From: Candidatus Aenigmatarchaeota archaeon
GTDB taxonomy: Archaea > Aenigmatarchaeota > Aenigmatarchaeia > GW2011-AR5 > JAGGXF01
DNA: 10,619 bases
Assembly (NCBI GenBank): GCA_029932645.1
Contig: JAOZPR010000001.1
Span: 42,857 to 53,475, forward strand
Direction of reading: 5' to 3'
Positions 7,021 to 10,619 of this stretch are shown here, piece by piece; the stretch's first letter is position 1, and each line of letters begins with the position of its first letter. Made by a program: the position numbers and the translations under genes. Below the pieces are notes generated by a model, which had not been told where the DNA came from, did not search any database, and saw only the letters and a list, made by a program, of their open reading frames with translations.

Positions 7021-7416
7021 TCAGACATATCTTTTAGCCCCGCAGGCCTCACACTTGAGGATTAGCCTTCTACCCGATTTTTCTAGTTTTGTGTCCGGCT
7101 TTCCACACTCTTTACAAAAAACAAACTGATTTGCATATGCTACTATCTTTTGGTTTATAATATCTTCGCTGAGCTTTCTTTGTAAAAGCAGCTTGTTTCC
7201 TTGTACTGAACCGGGCGCAGCCAGAGCATTAAATAAGAACTTTGCAATATGCTTCGGCTCTCTCCGGAGTGCTTTGGCTATCTCATTGAAATTTTTTATC
7301 ATAGTCTGATTTCCGGCCAGACTAATGACAACCTCTGGTATTTCAAACCGCTCCTTGTGGACAGTTTTTTCAGGCAATTCCTCGTAAGCCTTTTTCAACA
7401 ACTGTTCATAGTCCAT
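7021..7416 (-). CDS. eif2b: Translation initiation factor 2 subunit beta (aIF-2beta)
   Basis: MDYEQLLKKAY, ERFEIP, GNQTMIKNF and the zinc ribbon CKECGKPDT...KCEACGA; SD-like GGTG upstream. Confidence 0.97.
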   Translation of the reverse strand: MDYEQLLKKAYEELPEKTVHKERFEIPEVVISLAGNQTMIKNFNEIAKALRREPKHIAKFLFNALAAPGSVQGNKLLLQRKLSEDIINQKIVAYANQFVFCKECGKPDTKLEKSGRRLILKCEACGAKRYV

Positions 7417-7516
7417 ATAAACACCATTACCTGCTGAACTATATCGTCCAAAAAACTATAAAAAGAAATATTAAAAATCGAATGATATATCCTCAGCAAA
7501 CTAACCGAAGTCTTGT

Positions 7517-8875
7517 TTATAAAATCTTTACAAGAATTATCATGACAGCCGCTAAAAGACCAGAATATTCCACAAGGTCAAACTCCCTGATGGATTCTGC
7601 AAAAATATTTATCTCACCGTCGTTCTTATATGTGTCTGTCGTGTTTGTCGCTTCAAAGAAAACAGGATATGAACCAGATGCCCCAGCTGTTATTATATCA
7701 ACATAGCTGGAGTGTCTGTCAATGTCCGGAACTGTGAAATTAACTTTTTTGTCACCTTCTGGATCGTTTTCGAACTCTACCCATGATATTACAGGCGCGT
7801 CCGCATTCATTGTTAAATCATAATCTTGCTCTATTTCTGTCGGGTTGAACATTGTAACATTAAATATTCTTTTATTGTTTTCTCCCAATACCAAAGAAAC
7901 AGCCTTTGGCCGAACAGACAATTTCGGTATACAACTAATATAGAAGTCTGTCCAGTTTGCACCCCAGCCAACACCAGTGGCTGTTACATTTATTACCAAA
8001 GTATAAACCTCCTCACAGTCGAATATTGGCTTGCCAGAGGCGTCTCTCCAAGCAGTATCTATTGTTCCATGCCATGCCTTCTCAAACCCATACCAGCTTA
8101 GTGGTTCCCAGTCATCTGACTCAGGATAAATGATGCTTCCACCGTTGTCTTCTATATGATACTTTGCATCACAGTGATACTTTGCATCACAGCTGTCGTC
8201 ACTACAGTGACGGGTTAATCCGCCGGATTCATAATCAGCATTGGCCAAGAAGTATATAAGTTCTGAGCGCGTGAAATTGCCTATGATGCCAACCACGCCA
8301 ACAGTTGCGAACCCTGTTATCTGGCCAGTTCCGCCCCAATCGTCCAGCAATCTTCCATAGTCTCCTCCCATACCACCATATTTGCTCTCTTTATATTCGT
8401 CTGGTGTGCAAGATGTGTAATTATGTTCACAATCAACGTCCTCACACGCAACAATATTTGCCACGCCACTGTCTATATCAGGATATTTCATAAAGACAGT
8501 AACAGCTCCTGGCGGGGGTGGTCCTGGACCGCCACAAGTACAGTCTCCTTGACATTCCCCAGGACACGCTGCGTCATCTGAGCCATCGCACTGTTCGCCA
8601 GGCTCCTTAATGTTATTTCCACAGACACCACATGCTCCACAGTCCGGGTCACAACACGACCCAGAGTCAGCGCATTGTGGACTGTTGCCACGCGCGTCTT
8701 CGAAATCTTCAGGGCATATACCATCTCTGCCATCTGCTGTTGCCGCTTCTCCACAACAGAAAGTATTACCACAAATTATTACACCGTCACAATCACCACA
8801 CTGGGCATGAACAGAACCAACTAAGCCGAGCAAAACTAGCAATATAAAAAGTATTTTAAGTCTCAAGTGAGCCAC
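7517..8875 (-). CDS. Secreted Cys-rich cell-surface protein with C-terminal membrane anchor
   Basis: Sec signal peptide ending VHA|Q; Cys/Asp/Gly-rich N-terminus including CGNNIKEPGEQCDG (resembles the Myxococcus Cys-rich/DUF4215 repeat); GGPGPPPPG linker; many N-x-T sequons; C-terminal IREF followed by a hydrophobic tail. Start is GTG 8875 or TTG 8866 (GGGTG SD-like site upstream of the latter). Confidence 0.85.
   Translation of the reverse strand: MAHLRLKILFILLVLLGLVGSVHAQCGDCDGVIICGNTFCCGEAATADGRDGICPEDFEDARGNSPQCADSGSCCDPDCGACGVCGNNIKEPGEQCDGSDDAACPGECQGDCTCGGPGPPPPGAVTVFMKYPDIDSGVANIVACEDVDCEHNYTSCTPDEYKESKYGGMGGDYGRLLDDWGGTGQITGFATVGVVGIIGNFTRSELIYFLANADYESGGLTRHCSDDSCDAKYHCDAKYHIEDNGGSIIYPESDDWEPLSWYGFEKAWHGTIDTAWRDASGKPIFDCEEVYTLVINVTATGVGWGANWTDFYISCIPKLSVRPKAVSLVLGENNKRIFNVTMFNPTEIEQDYDLTMNADAPVISWVEFENDPEGDKKVNFTVPDIDRHSSYVDIITAGASGSYPVFFEATNTTDTYKNDGEINIFAESIREFDLVEYSGLLAAVMIILVKIL
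8157..8192. repeat. Perfect in-frame 18-bp tandem duplication (TGATACTTTGCATCACAG x2; peptide CDAKYH x2)
   Basis: Identical copies at 8157-8174 and 8175-8192. Confidence 0.95.
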
Positions 8876-8923
8876 CCATATTCTTTATCTACAGTTTACT
8901 AATTATAATTATTAAAATTCTGA

Positions 8924-8931
8924 TATATAAA
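8924..8931 (-). promoter_or_regulatory. Candidate TATA box (TTTATATA) for the surface protein gene
   Basis: Minus strand reads AGAAGTAATC-TTTATATA: purine-rich BRE-like stretch plus TATA, about 50 nt upstream of the start. Confidence 0.5.
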
Positions 8932-8993
8932 GATTACTTCTAATAGTTGCACTCAATTCTTGACCGATAAAACTAGTAACAAGTTGGCAACTG

Positions 8994-9007
8994 AAAAAGC
9001 AAAAAAA
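8994..9007 (-). terminator. Candidate oligo(T) terminator after the GT2 gene
   Basis: Minus strand TTTTTTT-GC-TTTTT starting 26 nt after the stop; archaeal intrinsic termination uses U-tracts. Confidence 0.45.
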
Positions 9008-9033
9008 TAGATTGGCGGGGTTGAAATCATCTT

Positions 9034-9750
9034 TCACTTCATTCTATACCTCTTAGCCATATGCTTAACAACATATCTTAAGTCATACCAGTAATCCCTG
9101 AACGAACGCTTTCGCCTTCTCAGAAGATAAAAAAAGTTTTTGAATCCGTCTCTAACACCCACGCCTTTGCCTCTTATATAACATGGTGATTTTATAGGAA
9201 CGTTGCACGCCTTAATATCATGCCTGCCAACCTGAAAAATAATATCAGCAGCTATCTCATATCGCTCGCCCTGTAGCTTGATTTTTTTCAATGCTTTGTG
9301 CGAGAAGGCACGAAACCCAGACTCTGTGTCTGCTAACGCTGTTCCACAAACAAGGTTGGTCAGAAAGTTGAGAAAGAAGTTACCAAACTTTTTAACAAAT
9401 GGGTAAAGACTCAAATCGCGGCTACCAAGAACAAAATCATACCCCTGATTTATTTTTTTGACAAATTTGGGTATGTCTGATGGGTTGTGTTGGCCGTCCG
9501 CATCTATTGTTATGACAATATCTGGCCTGTATTTTTTTGCCTTGGCCAGGCCTGTCCTTATAGACATTCCCAATCCTTTATTAACGCCATGCCTTACAAC
9601 TATTGCGCCAGCTTTTTTGGCGATTCTTGCTGTTGCGTCGCTTGACCCATCATCAACAACAATGACCTTATCAACATACCTCTTGGTCCGTTTAACAATA
9701 TTACCTATTGTTCTTTTCTCGTTGTATGCCGGCATCACAGCAATTATCAT
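9034..9750 (-). CDS. Glycosyltransferase family 2, dolichol-phosphate mannose/glucose synthase-like
   Basis: VMPAYNE, VIVVDDGSSD, HGVNKGLG, IDADGQH (DxD), DFVLGSR and DTESGFRAF motifs. Confidence 0.93.
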   Translation of the reverse strand: MIIAVMPAYNEKRTIGNIVKRTKRYVDKVIVVDDGSSDATARIAKKAGAIVVRHGVNKGLGMSIRTGLAKAKKYRPDIVITIDADGQHNPSDIPKFVKKINQGYDFVLGSRDLSLYPFVKKFGNFFLNFLTNLVCGTALADTESGFRAFSHKALKKIKLQGERYEIAADIIFQVGRHDIKACNVPIKSPCYIRGKGVGVRDGFKNFFYLLRRRKRSFRDYWYDLRYVVKHMAKRYRMK

Positions 9751-10079
9751 AAAGCATCACTTAATTATCTCATGTTATCTATTCTTAATAAACATTAAAC
9801 ATGATTGCCCTATAATCTGTTCCTTGTAATTTATTGATAATACTTATTAAGACAAGAACTTGGCTTTAGTCATATCACGCTGTATATAATTTAAATAAAT
9901 TTAAATATTCGCTTATACGCAATTCGTCGATGTACTAAGTTTACGATTAACGAAATGCTATAGAAAACTATATAAACAATTAATTATTAATGATGTTAAC
10001 AAGAGTGTTGATATTAATATAAAATATAAATTGTTTAAATTGTTAATTCATTATAAATTCATTATAAAATAGTGGTCAG
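9751..10079. promoter_or_regulatory. AT-rich divergent promoter region with several short tandem duplications
   Basis: 329-bp spacer; BRE-TATA-like AGAAAAC-TATATAAA at 9962-9976; second TTATAAA at 10051-10057; tandem pairs at 9789-9802, 9888-9907, 10016-10029, 10027-10044 and 10045-10066. Confidence 0.65.
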
Positions 10080-10619
10080 ATGTACGAAATAACAATCCAT
10101 GGCCGTGGTGGACAAGGTGCGGTAACCACATCAGAACTCTTGGCAATAGCTGCGTTCCGCGACGGAAAATATTCCCAAGCCTTTCCTGCATTTGGTGCAG
10201 AGCGCCGAGGCGCGCCAGTGCGGGCATTCTGCCGAATAGATGATAAATTCATTAACCTGCGCACTCACATATACAATCCGACGCACCTGATAATTCTTGA
10301 CCCGACCTTGCTGAACTCAGTAAATGTGACAGAAGGTCTGGCAGATGATGGAATAATAATCATAAACTCGCATGAACACTATTCGGACCTAGAGAAAAAA
10401 TACGATGTCCATTACACGGACGCCACGAAACTCGCTGTGGAGATTCTCGGCAGGCCGATTGTGAACACGGCTGTTCTTGGCGCCTTTGCCAAGAAGACCG
10501 GTCTTGTCACACTGGATTCGCTCAAGCGGGCGATAAAAGAAAAGTTCGGCGCCAAGGGTGAAACAATTGTGAACAAGAACACCGAACTCATAGAAAAGGT
10601 CTACGAGGCGATAGAATGA
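10080..10619 (+). CDS. porC: Pyruvate/2-ketoisovalerate:ferredoxin oxidoreductase gamma subunit
   Basis: EITIHGRGGQGAVT, QAFPAFGAERRGAPVRAFCRI and GRPIVNTAVLGAF motifs; ends in ATGA (10616-10619), suggesting a coupled downstream subunit gene. Confidence 0.94.
   Translation: MYEITIHGRGGQGAVTTSELLAIAAFRDGKYSQAFPAFGAERRGAPVRAFCRIDDKFINLRTHIYNPTHLIILDPTLLNSVNVTEGLADDGIIIINSHEHYSDLEKKYDVHYTDATKLAVEILGRPIVNTAVLGAFAKKTGLVTLDSLKRAIKEKFGAKGETIVNKNTELIEKVYEAIE

Noticed and set aside
7482..8847. Alternative-frame and antisense ORFs within the surface protein gene
   Set aside because: Nested in or overlapping a long, coherent CDS with signal peptide and anchor; no independent evidence.
9751..10079. Replication origin or CRISPR leader/array in the AT-rich spacer
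   Set aside because: No ORB-like G-string boxes, no adjacent orc1/cdc6, and no regularly spaced 24-47 bp repeats.
9458..10264. ORFs 9458-9829 (+) and 10076-10264 (-)
   Set aside because: Antisense shadows of the GT2 and porC genes.

Overview
Archaeal chromosomal window, inferred to be DPANN-like (possibly Aenigmarchaeota, from the divergent informational proteins; not provable here). Left to right: the end of a ribosomal/RNA polymerase operon (rpl13 partial, rps9, rpoN); a 67-aa Lys/Arg-rich orphan ORF; a minus-strand thiamine cluster thiM-thiE-thiC-thiL with no thiD, no thiazole synthase and no recognisable TPP riboswitch; a divergent, short replication factor C large subunit with no C-terminal PIP box; a tightly packed aIF-2beta / DUF424 / class III signal-peptide gene run; a Cys-rich secreted, membrane-anchored surface protein; a GT2 glycosyltransferase; and the gamma subunit of a TPP-dependent 2-oxoacid:ferredoxin oxidoreductase. 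No mobile element, CRISPR array, tRNA or rRNA was seen. Most notable: the half de novo / half salvage thiamine module missing its ThiD step, many perfect two-copy 7-18 bp tandem duplications, and the orphan basic protein. I found no unambiguous wholly new system.
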